From Oscillospiraceae bacterium (GTDB lineage: Bacteria; Bacillota; Clostridia; Oscillospirales; Acutalibacteraceae): 64,000 bases of DNA. Shown piece after piece: positions 41,281 to 48,923 of this stretch (positions within the stretch are counted from its first letter, which is position 1; every line of letters starts with the position of its first letter). The notes under the pieces are model-generated. The model worked only from the letters and a program-made list of their open reading frames with translations, did no database searches and was not told the DNA's origin. The position numbers were made by a program, and so were the translations under genes. The stretch is from assembly GCA_031290105.1 (NCBI GenBank), contig JAITOD010000074.1, forward strand, positions 2,563 through 66,562. The letters run 5' to 3'.

Positions 41281-42902
41281 TTTATGCTTGCCTCCTTGCC
41301 CCTCAAATTTCGATTAATCTCCGCCAGCAGTCCGCCTTTTTTCTCAATATTCCGCACGAAGATTTCCTCCATGCCGCACTTGCAAAGAATGTCGGTGAAG
41401 TGCAGCTCGTCCGCAGCTTGCCCTGTGCGAAAAATTCGGTGTTCCGCGTGGATTTTTTGCGCGTAGTCAAAGGTCTGGTCGGCAAAAATTACGTGTGAGC
41501 AAAACTGCAGATTCAGCCCTTTCGCGCCCGTACCGTAAGTCAGCCAAAGCGCTTTTTCGTCATTTTCGCGAAAGTCTGCCAGCGTTTCATCGCGCTGTTT
41601 TCGGGTCTCGCTACCGGTGATTCGCGCCGCGCCCTCGGGTATTCCGTCCAAGTATTTCACAAAAACCAGCGCCTTGCCGGGTCGGCTCTCCAGTGCGGCG
41701 TTGACCGCCTCCGGCCGCCCGGCGCTCTTGGTGTAGCAGACCTGCAAGCGCGTGCACAGCTCCCAAAAGTCGATGTCGCTGTATTCCATCCGCGCAAGAA
41801 TTTCTTCCTTTATTTTCCTATACTCACTATCAAAATCGTTGTCGTATCGCAGTATTTCGTAGCTTTTTCGCACGTCCAGCACAAGGTCGCACTCGTAGCT
41901 GTAGGGCGCGATTAGACCCGTCAAGTGCTCAAGATTTTTGTAGCCCTTGATGTAGCGCCGCCCCTCTTCGCCGTCCCAGATGATGTAGTTGTGCGAAAAT
42001 TCGCGCCACTCCATGTCCAAAATTTGCGGCGAGAGAAACAAAATCTGGTTGTATAAATCCCGCGCGCCGCGGCTGATTGGCGTGCCGTTGAGTATGTACC
42101 GAAACGTGCTTTGCCGCCCGATTTCCTGCACTCGCGGCGTCCTCTTCTTGTTCCAATTTTTGATTGTCAGCGACTCGTCCACCACGCAGACTGCGCGCTT
42201 TCCCTCAAGCAAACGCAGGATTTTCAAGTACACGCGATCGCTCTGCGTCAGGCTCTCCACACCGTACGCGGCGACCTCCATATCGGGCCGCCACCGTTTC
42301 CGCTCCCTCTCAAAGTCGTCCAAAATTGCGCAGGGGCAGATGTACAGCACCAAATCCGCACCGCAATTTTCCAGCTTGTGGGCGCATAAATCCAGCGCGA
42401 CCTTCGTTTTGCCGCTCCCCATGCGCATGAAAAGTGCGCCGTAGTCAAGCGCCGCCAGCTTCGCGAAAGCAGCCCGCTGGTGAGCTTCCTGCGTCTGCGG
42501 GTCCTCCACTTCCGGCTCGTTGTAGACGTAGTTACCGTAGAGCGCCGCCCGCAGAATTTTCTGCGCCTTCAGCCAGCCCTTGGCCGTGCCCAGCGGCTCT
42601 TTTTTCTCGTCACCGACGGCGCGAAAAATCGCCAATTCTTTCATGTAATCGCACTCTAAAATCACCGCGTCCTTGGGTACAAGCGACGCTTTGAAAACCG
42701 GGATAGGCGTCCCAAGCGCGCAAAATCCGTTGAGCTTTCGCGGGTCAACGCCCGTCACGATTTTCGCCCAAGTGATATATCCGGTGCCGGACGGCTTGTA
42801 TATCACCGTGTCAAGCATGCTGTGGAGCCGCTCCACGCACTCGCGCGCCAGGTCGGACAGCTCCTGCACCGACAGCTCCGAAATGTCGAGACTTGCCACC
42901 AT
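41262..42902 (-). CDS. SNF2/DEAD-like superfamily 2 helicase
   Basis: Walker A MGSGKTK, motif II VVDESL, motif III LNGTP and a C-terminal helicase lobe (LTYGTGAKGLNLQ, RIFRTGQ). Confidence 0.8.
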   Translation of the reverse strand: MVASLDISELSVQELSDLARECVERLHSMLDTVIYKPSGTGYITWAKIVTGVDPRKLNGFCALGTPIPVFKASLVPKDAVILECDYMKELAIFRAVGDEKKEPLGTAKGWLKAQKILRAALYGNYVYNEPEVEDPQTQEAHQRAAFAKLAALDYGALFMRMGSGKTKVALDLCAHKLENCGADLVLYICPCAILDDFERERKRWRPDMEVAAYGVESLTQSDRVYLKILRLLEGKRAVCVVDESLTIKNWNKKRTPRVQEIGRQSTFRYILNGTPISRGARDLYNQILFLSPQILDMEWREFSHNYIIWDGEEGRRYIKGYKNLEHLTGLIAPYSYECDLVLDVRKSYEILRYDNDFDSEYRKIKEEILARMEYSDIDFWELCTRLQVCYTKSAGRPEAVNAALESRPGKALVFVKYLDGIPEGAARITGSETRKQRDETLADFRENDEKALWLTYGTGAKGLNLQFCSHVIFADQTFDYAQKIHAEHRIFRTGQAADELHFTDILCKCGMEEIFVRNIEKKGGLLAEINRNLRGKEASIKWVKSL

Positions 42903-42905
42903 TTT

Positions 42906-43736
42906 TCACCTCCCCAGCACAAAAATTTTTGAGATTCTGCTCTCTTTATATAGCAGCTTTTGCACGCGGTTGTACGTGTCCACGCCGACTATCGCCTCGT
43001 GCTCGCCGGGAAAAACCTGCCCGCTGTGGTAGCACCAGCCGGCGTACACAGCGTTGCGCAGGATTTTGTCAACCGCGCCGGGAATCATGTCGAACCCGCC
43101 GACCGTGCGGATGCCTTTATTTCGGCACCAGCTTGACAAGGCGACGCAGTCTTTCACGCGCAAATACTGCTCAAAAATCGTCCTGACCCGCTCCGCTTCC
43201 TCCGGCCGTATTACAAGGCTGCCGTCCCGGTGCCTGTATCCGAGTATATGCGAACATATGTGCTTGCCTTGAGCAACCCTCTCCAGCGACGCGAGCTTCA
43301 CATTTTCGGCGATGACCTCGCGCTCCCACTGAGCAATCACACCGAGGATGTAGAGCACCATGCGCCCCATCGGCGTGCCGAAGTCGAAGCTCTCCGAAAC
43401 GCTCTGGAGGGACACTTTGTAGGTGAGAAGCGTTTCGCAAATCGCGCACAAATCGCGTACGCTGCGAGTCAGGCGCGTCAGCTTCCAGATTAAAATCTTG
43501 TCGAATTTTTTCAATTTTGCGTCCGTGATTAGCCTCAGCATGGCGGGTCGGTGCGCCAAATCCTTCGCTGAAATCCCCTCGTCGCGGTATATTTCGACGA
43601 CTTCCCAGCCCTGCGCTGTGCAGAAGTCGAGCAGAGTTTTTTCTTGCGCGGCGAGTGAGTACCCCGAAAGCGCTTGCTCCGAGGTGCTCACTCGTATGTA
43701 AATTGCGATTCGCATGGCGGTCGTCACCGGGCGCAT
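42906..43736 (-). CDS. serine recombinase, short form (resolvase plus recombinase domains, no zinc-ribbon/coiled-coil region)
   Basis: Catalytic IYIRVSTSEQ. The recombinase domain ends ...NRVQKLLYKESRISKIFVLGR-stop. An alternative start is ATG 43715. Confidence 0.8.
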   Translation of the reverse strand: MRPVTTAMRIAIYIRVSTSEQALSGYSLAAQEKTLLDFCTAQGWEVVEIYRDEGISAKDLAHRPAMLRLITDAKLKKFDKILIWKLTRLTRSVRDLCAICETLLTYKVSLQSVSESFDFGTPMGRMVLYILGVIAQWEREVIAENVKLASLERVAQGKHICSHILGYRHRDGSLVIRPEEAERVRTIFEQYLRVKDCVALSSWCRNKGIRTVGGFDMIPGAVDKILRNAVYAGWCYHSGQVFPGEHEAIVGVDTYNRVQKLLYKESRISKIFVLGR

Positions 43737-44194
43737 CCCTCCAAAACCTCAGCACCCCAAATGTATGATGAGTAGTAGCAAAGCGCGTCATAGTCTTTCC
43801 CGTCGAGCAGTCTTAAGCCGCTCATCAGACTCTCGGCGGCACTGAGGATTCCGCGGGACCTTGCACGCCTGTCACTGTCGCTAATCTCGCGCTCGTGGTG
43901 TGCGTCGAAAGCCAAGCCGCGCATAGCTGAAAAAATTTCGTACAGCACTGACGGTACTTTCGCGTCTGATATTGCTTGCTCAGCAAAGGCGTGCGCTTCT
44001 TCTTCGGTGATTTTTTCGACTCCTTCCAGCCCGCCCTCATAGTCGGGAATCTGCTTTTTTGTGAAGCGGTCCGCAAGCACGGCTCTCGCTTTAAGCGCGT
44101 CTTGCGTCATGTATCCTTTGGAATAGTCGTATACTCTGCCGTCGGCGGTAGTTGCGATTTTGTGCTCGACCAGCTCAATAGAAAACTTTTTCAT
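43724..44194 (-). CDS. hypothetical protein (first gene of the recombinase operon)
   Basis: 156 aa. Its RBS and first codons lie inside IR-L. No motif recognised. Confidence 0.55.
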   Translation of the reverse strand: MKKFSIELVEHKIATTADGRVYDYSKGYMTQDALKARAVLADRFTKKQIPDYEGGLEGVEKITEEEAHAFAEQAISDAKVPSVLYEIFSAMRGLAFDAHHEREISDSDRRARSRGILSAAESLMSGLRLLDGKDYDALCYYSSYIWGAEVLEGCAR

Positions 44195-44327
44195 GATGAA
44201 ACCTCTTTCTTATGTGCGGGGCGTTGTGCCCCGGTTGATGAGTACAGCATACACTATCTATAGGTCTTTGTCAAGCACTAGAGCCAGCAAGATTAAAGCT
44301 TTGTAGGAATGTACAAAAATAACACTG
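44187..44327. repeat. IR-L: 141-bp arm of a large inverted repeat
   Basis: Matches the reverse complement of 45005-45144 with 4 substitutions and a 1-nt indel. Confidence 0.92.
44246..44274 (-). promoter_or_regulatory. outward promoter in IR-L: TTGACA-17-TATGCT
   Basis: Drives the 43724-44194 gene and its operon. The spacer contains CACTATCTATAGG. Confidence 0.55.
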
Positions 44328-44348
44328 CTGATAGTGCTATTTTGTCCA

Positions 44349-44377
44349 TTGATTTTTTTATCATAAAGTGATATAAT
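44349..44377 (+). promoter_or_regulatory. inward promoter TTGATT-17-TATAAT for RHH-like gene 1
   Basis: Hexamers at 44349-44354 and 44372-44377. Confidence 0.55.
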
Positions 44378-44401
44378 GGAGCAGAAAAGGAGGTGGCGTC
44401 T

Positions 44402-44593
44402 GTGCCGGTATCTGAAGCCAAGTCAAAAAATAACGCCAAGTGGGACAAAGAAAATATGATAAAGTTGTCAACCGCCGCGCGAAAAGAGGACGCGGAAGCT
44501 TTTCGCGCATGGGCCAAAAGCCAAGGCTTGAGCGTACACGCTGCACTTCTGGCATATGTCTTTGAGAAGATAGGAAAAAGCCGCCGGCAATAA
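44402..44593 (+). CDS. 63-aa ribbon-helix-helix-like DNA-binding protein, paralog 1
   Basis: GTG start 6 nt after AAGGAGGTG. Predicted strand-helix-helix pattern. ~55% identical to the 44733-44924 product. Confidence 0.6.
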   Translation: MPVSEAKSKNNAKWDKENMIKLSTAARKEDAEAFRAWAKSQGLSVHAALLAYVFEKIGKSRRQ

Positions 44594-44610
44594 AAAAACT
44601 GCCGTCCACT

Positions 44611-44646
44611 AAAAAGAGCACTAAGTCATAGCTTGGTGCTCTTTTT
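44611..44646. terminator. bidirectional terminator at the palindrome centre
   Basis: AAAAAGAGCAC-N14-GTGCTCTTTTT. Confidence 0.7.
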
Positions 44647-44732
44647 AAATTGGGATTACCCCCGCGCGTTTGGGGGCTTCGGTCGTATTTAAGGGTCACC
44701 CACGCAAGTGCGTGGTATTGGTTGGGATTGCG

Positions 44733-44924
44733 CTACTCGGCGGGAGTCTCCCCGATTTTTTCAAGGACGTACGCTAAAAAAACGGCGTGCACACTCATTC
44801 CGCGGCTCGCAGCCCATGCGCGAAAAGCTTCCGCGTAGTCTTTTCGTATGGAGCAAGATAGTGTGCTCATATTTTCTTTGTTCCATTTCGCGTCTGTCAA
44901 CTTTTTGGACGGCGTTTTCGGCAC
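44733..44924 (-). CDS. 63-aa ribbon-helix-helix-like DNA-binding protein, paralog 2
   Basis: GTG start after GGGGGTGAG. Shares AKW.KENM..LS..RK..AEAFRAWA...G.SVHA..LAYV.EKIG with paralog 1. Confidence 0.6.
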   Translation of the reverse strand: MPKTPSKKLTDAKWNKENMSTLSCSIRKDYAEAFRAWAASRGMSVHAVFLAYVLEKIGETPAE

Positions 44925-44950
44925 AAACTCACCCCCATAAATTCGACTTC

Positions 44951-44979
44951 ATTATACCATATCACGACATAAAAATCAA
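44951..44979 (-). promoter_or_regulatory. inward promoter TTGATT-17-TATAAT for RHH-like gene 2
   Basis: Mirror image of the 44349-44377 promoter. Confidence 0.55.
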
Positions 44980-45004
44980 CTATCCACAAAAACAACACTA
45001 TAGA

Positions 45005-45144
45005 CAGTGTTATTTTTGTACATTCCTACAAGGCTTAATCTTGCTGGCTCTAGTGCTTGACAAAGCCGTATAGATAGTGTATACTGTACTCATCAACCGG
45101 GGCACAACGCCCCGCACATAAGAAAGAGGTTTCATCATGAAAAA
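45005..45144. repeat. IR-R: 140-bp arm of the large inverted repeat
   Basis: Reverse complement of IR-L (~96% identity). Confidence 0.92.
45057..45085 (+). promoter_or_regulatory. outward promoter in IR-R: TTGACA-17-TATACT
   Basis: Drives the 45137-45334 gene. Confidence 0.55.
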
Positions 45145-45334
45145 CATTGAAAAAAGTGAGTCTTTAACCCGCGCCGCCGAACTTCTCCGGCAAGCAAAAT
45201 TTGTCTGCTCGCGCGTGATGGGCAATGTGAGTTACGACGAAGGGAAAAGCCCCCGTGCGGATTTTTCCGGAATCTTCTTTGTGCCCGAAGAGAGCGAGAA
45301 GCCCGGGCACATCACCGCTTGCGGCAGAGCTTGA
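45137..45334 (+). CDS. 65-aa hypothetical protein
   Basis: Uses the RBS and ATGAAAAA duplicated in IR-R. Followed by the 45357-45398 terminator. Confidence 0.45.
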   Translation: MKNIEKSESLTRAAELLRQAKFVCSRVMGNVSYDEGKSPRADFSGIFFVPEESEKPGHITACGRA

Positions 45335-45356
45335 ATCACGCGGACTGTAAGGGCAG

Positions 45357-45398
45357 AAAAACGGGCAATAACGCCGGCGTTATTGCCCGTTTTATTTT
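45357..45398. terminator. bidirectional terminator (36-nt perfect palindrome)
   Basis: AAAACGGGCAATAACGCC/GGCGTTATTGCCCGTTTT, flanked by A/T runs. Confidence 0.8.
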
Positions 45399-45460
45399 CA
45401 GCCATAATATAGCGGTGTTCGCACCCGCTCACGTCCTTGGCGATTTCTCGGTAATTCATT

Positions 45461-45670
45461 CTACGTTACCGCGTTCAACTCTTTAATTTTCAGCCATTCA
45501 GCTTTTTTAATCCGCGTCAGCCGCATTGCGTCGTGCCGAAAAATCTGTGTGTCGCAGCGGTACTCGTAGGTCTTGCCCTCGTGCTTGATGTACTCCGCCG
45601 TGTCCTTGTGCCGCCGTGCCGGAAATCCGCTGTAAACCGCATTGCTAACGCACCCGCTTGGTCTTGCCAT
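45461..45670 (-). CDS. 69-aa hypothetical protein
   Basis: AAGGAGG RBS. Promoter at 45724-45753. Its leader shares the conserved CAACCGGGG(G)CACAACGCC block. Confidence 0.5.
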   Translation of the reverse strand: MARPSGCVSNAVYSGFPARRHKDTAEYIKHEGKTYEYRCDTQIFRHDAMRLTRIKKAEWLKIKELNAVT

Positions 45671-45723
45671 AGTCTTGTCCTCCTTGATTTTCGGTTGGCG
45701 TTGTGCCCCCGGTTGATATACGT

Positions 45724-45753
45724 ATTATACACTATTTCCAGTGCCATTGTCAA
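45724..45753 (-). promoter_or_regulatory. promoter TTGACA-18-TATAAT (third copy of the IR promoter module)
   Basis: 45695-45755 is partly homologous to IR-L. Confidence 0.55.
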
Positions 45754-45861
45754 GCCCTATAGATGGTGTTTTAGAAAGTTTGTCGGAGTGTACAAAGCTT
45801 CACTATCTATAGGGCGTATTTTGTGTTGGTTATAGTCATAAAAAATTCGCATTCACAAACA

Positions 45862-45893
45862 CAAAAAAAGGGGGGAGTGCACACGCTCCCCCA
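45862..45893 (-). terminator. rho-independent terminator ending the late operon
   Basis: GGGGGAG-N8-CTCCCCC, followed on the minus strand by T7. Confidence 0.7.
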
Positions 45894-45913
45894 ACAGTGA
45901 TTTATTGAGCCGC

Positions 45914-46192
45914 TCACGTGCCGTATGCCGTCCAGAAGTCTGTGCATCGGAAGCCTCGGATATCGCTGCCGCCAAGAGTTGCCGCCCCATTTCCTGCGTA
46001 CCATATGGTGCGGTCTGACGCTTTCTCACCTACACGATATAGTATATGCCCAAGCCTTTTATCCTTTTTATAGGCAAGCTTTACGGGCACCGCAGAGCTT
46101 GCTGTGCAACCGATAGCGCGTGTGGGCGCGCCGTACGTGCGCGGGTCTTCATCCAGCCAGAGTATCAAGTCGGCAAGAGCGTGCGCGTCCAC
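45914..46192 (-). CDS. hypothetical protein, last late gene (possibly frameshifted)
   Basis: 92-aa ORF with no RBS. An RBS-preceded ATG at 46244 lies in another frame. Confidence 0.35.
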   Translation of the reverse strand: MDAHALADLILWLDEDPRTYGAPTRAIGCTASSAVPVKLAYKKDKRLGHILYRVGEKASDRTIWYAGNGAATLGGSDIRGFRCTDFWTAYGT

Positions 46193-46267
46193 GCCGACAT
46201 ACAGCGGGCACTATTTCGGTAAGCTCCTGCATTACGCATTCCATGTGCTTCCCCTTGTTATCTCATG

Positions 46268-47275
46268 CTATGATTGAAAAAGTGTTACAGCGGTCAATGC
46301 GAAAAATGGGGCGATAGACGTTATCGTCGTACCCACGGTTGGATTTTTCCAGATACCCGTTCCTGTTCTTTGCAGAATATTCCCCGCCCAATCCGACGCG
46401 GTAGGATTGGTTTTAGTAAGCATTTCTGTGTTGATAAAGTAAGTTCCCGCCGGTAATCCTGTGCCGCTCAATTGCGCCGCAGTAAATGACCCTTTAATCC
46501 AAACGTTAACAGTCAATCCCATTTGACAAATAGCATAGCTTTTATCCAAAATGGGCAGCGTTTTGCTCGTATTGCCCGCCCACAAATCTGTTGTAATTGG
46601 CATTAGCGGGATTATTTTAGTTGGGTTGGTGAGCGCGGCAATACTGCTCCACATGGTGTCCGGCTGTATCGCGTCTTGCAATGCCATGATTGATTGCGCG
46701 AATGGCACCAAGTCGGCTTGGGTTGCGGCGTTGTTCCATTTCGTGCGCTCAGTGGCGGTAATATGCATCACTGCATCTGTGAAGTGTCCATTGTGTGACG
46801 CCATGCTTATATCATGCGCTGTAATATCCGCTTGTGTCGCCACCTCAACATTGGCGTCAATGCTCAGTTCCACATCAGCTTCAGAAGATATTCGCAGGTG
46901 CAGCCAAAGAGCAACGTCATTTGTTGCACCCTGCGTGGCTATGGACTTTGTGATTGCCGGGACGCTTGCAATCGCCAACAGCGAACCGGTTTCATCAAAA
47001 AGCCCAGTCTCGCGCACGGTAAAGCCGCCCACATCAGCGGGTATCACAATGCGAACGTCCAGAATATCGCTGTCCGTGGAGTTTTGCTGTACTAGATTCA
47101 CCATTCCGCTCCAGGTCTGATTTACAAGCGCAGTCATGTCCGTATTGGGCGTGTAATCTGTTCCGCCGCCGTCCCCAACCGCGCACGTGGGGATTTGCAC
47201 CGGCACGCCCTGAGCAATGTTAGTGGCAATTTTCGCGCGCCCCGCGTCCGTGACTACGGCAATATAGTTTGGCAT
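46268..47275 (-). CDS. phage tail fibre protein (tail-collar N-terminal type)
   Basis: N-terminus MPNYIAVVTDAGRAKIA...VGDGGG...ETGLFDE resembles the conserved P2 gpH/XkdV-like fibre N-terminal domain. Confidence 0.7.
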   Translation of the reverse strand: MPNYIAVVTDAGRAKIATNIAQGVPVQIPTCAVGDGGGTDYTPNTDMTALVNQTWSGMVNLVQQNSTDSDILDVRIVIPADVGGFTVRETGLFDETGSLLAIASVPAITKSIATQGATNDVALWLHLRISSEADVELSIDANVEVATQADITAHDISMASHNGHFTDAVMHITATERTKWNNAATQADLVPFAQSIMALQDAIQPDTMWSSIAALTNPTKIIPLMPITTDLWAGNTSKTLPILDKSYAICQMGLTVNVWIKGSFTAAQLSGTGLPAGTYFINTEMLTKTNPTASDWAGNILQRTGTGIWKNPTVGTTITSIAPFFALTAVTLFQS

Positions 47276-47284
47276 TTTCTTCTC

Positions 47285-47854
47285 CTATTCTGATTCTGTA
47301 ATGTCTATTCGCTCGCCGGAGCTCGTCCAGCTTGCAACGGGAATTTCGAATGACGGTTCTGATTGAATCGTTATGTTGAGCTGCAGGTGCGCCGGTATTG
47401 CTGACGTGATTTTTTGCACTAGTATATCATCCAAGAAATTTTGTTTGCTGAAAAGATAAATAACTACCAGGAGTTGCAGCATGTCGGTGCCGTCAATTGC
47501 TTCGAGCGTAACCTCGCAGTTAGTTTTCGGCACATATTTTTGTACTATGTCCCGAATCCACGTCAAGTTTATTTTTTGCGTGCTTATTACTCTGTGGAGC
47601 GTTTCACGCCGTTCGTCAAGCTTTGCGCCAGAGTCTGGAAATAGACGCAAAAAAGCTTCCAGCCGCACCAACAAATTGCCGCTTATGCTCGATAGATATG
47701 CGTTGGCGTAAAGCTTCCCAATGTCAGACAGCAGCACGTCAATCAGCGCGCCCTGTGTGCGCCATATCGCTTCAGCTTCAAGCACACCGCGATAGTAGAA
47801 CGGCGAGTATGCCCGAAGCTCTTCATAGCCGCCATTAAATCCGGAGTTAAACAT
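47285..47854 (-). CDS. phage tail protein XkdU/YmfQ-like (DUF2313)
   Basis: Position after baseplate J, appropriate size, and a YY...LE.E N-terminal pattern. Confidence 0.55.
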   Translation of the reverse strand: MFNSGFNGGYEELRAYSPFYYRGVLEAEAIWRTQGALIDVLLSDIGKLYANAYLSSISGNLLVRLEAFLRLFPDSGAKLDERRETLHRVISTQKINLTWIRDIVQKYVPKTNCEVTLEAIDGTDMLQLLVVIYLFSKQNFLDDILVQKITSAIPAHLQLNITIQSEPSFEIPVASWTSSGERIDITESE

Positions 47855-48923
47855 TAAGGGTCACCTCCGAAAGAATCGGCACTTGGTTGATTGTCAGCGT
47901 GATGTTCGCATTGTCCCCGCCAACCAGCAAGCCGCTGTAGTCAATTATTTCCGGCAAGCTTGAAATCATAGCGCCAATTTGGCTGTACACAACAACTGCC
48001 GGATAGTTCGGACTGTAAAGCGATAGCGAGCGAAAATACTCAGTGATGCTTTTTGTGAACGCAACTTGCGCCGAATCTATCTCCGCTCCGGGCGCAAGCT
48101 TCACCGTCGCCGTTATGGATATTGGCATAGACTCTGCCGCCCACGCCGTGAACCTTGCGCCAATAGGAGCTTCGCCCATTCCAAGCCCATCACCCTCTCC
48201 GTCGGCGTCATTGTCCGGGTCAATGAACGACTGCACCGAAGCCACAGTCATTGCCGAAGGAGGTGTTCCTTGGGGCGTGATTATTACTGCGCCCACAGTA
48301 TTTGCCCCGTTCCATTTGGGCAAAATTCGCGCCGCCCCAACGCCTTCTATAGATAAGCACCAGTCAAGATATTGCGCCTTGTTCGCGCTTTTCACTCGCT
48401 GTATGAGTGTATCTTGAATGCGTGCGCGAAACGCTTCATCAGTTTCAACGTCTTGTCCCGCGACTTCAAGCGCGCCGAAAGTCGATGAAGTCAACCCCGT
48501 TATGCTCTCGTAAGGTAACGCGGGTGTCCCGGCGGCAATGTTGTTCGCGTAACTGCCCGCGATTTCCGCACGCAGGAATAGTGTTGTTTCCTGCAATTCC
48601 ACGCGAAAATAAAGGGATTCGCTAAGGAACCGCGCGCCAATCGGCGGCTGTGTCCCTGTGTAGTTCATTATATATTTTGCCGTCACTGCGCCTGTGCGGG
48701 TAAGCCCAAAGTCTTTAGCTTTCAAGTCCAGATTCTCGCCTGTCGCCGTGTCAAGTGAAATGTCGTCTGCAATCATTGACAGGTCTGTGTAAATCCGCGC
48801 CAGAAGCAAGCACATGGGCGCAACCGAATCAAAAAACACTTCGCCCTGTCGGGTGTTGATTCCCTCCGGCGCGGCGGCAATCGCCTGATTCAATAAATTC
48901 TCGTATGTTTTGTCCTCAAACAT
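47847..48923 (-). CDS. baseplate J-like protein (XkdT-like)
   Basis: 358 aa with N-terminus MFEDKTYENLL and a baseplate-J-like central region. Synteny supports the call. Confidence 0.7.
   Translation of the reverse strand: MFEDKTYENLLNQAIAAAPEGINTRQGEVFFDSVAPMCLLLARIYTDLSMIADDISLDTATGENLDLKAKDFGLTRTGAVTAKYIMNYTGTQPPIGARFLSESLYFRVELQETTLFLRAEIAGSYANNIAAGTPALPYESITGLTSSTFGALEVAGQDVETDEAFRARIQDTLIQRVKSANKAQYLDWCLSIEGVGAARILPKWNGANTVGAVIITPQGTPPSAMTVASVQSFIDPDNDADGEGDGLGMGEAPIGARFTAWAAESMPISITATVKLAPGAEIDSAQVAFTKSITEYFRSLSLYSPNYPAVVVYSQIGAMISSLPEIIDYSGLLVGGDNANITLTINQVPILSEVTLNV

Noticed and set aside
45232-45459. 75-aa minus-strand ORF
   Set aside because: It is translated straight through the 36-nt perfect palindromic terminator (45358-45393) and overlaps the RBS-equipped plus-strand gene 45137-45334, so it is likely spurious.
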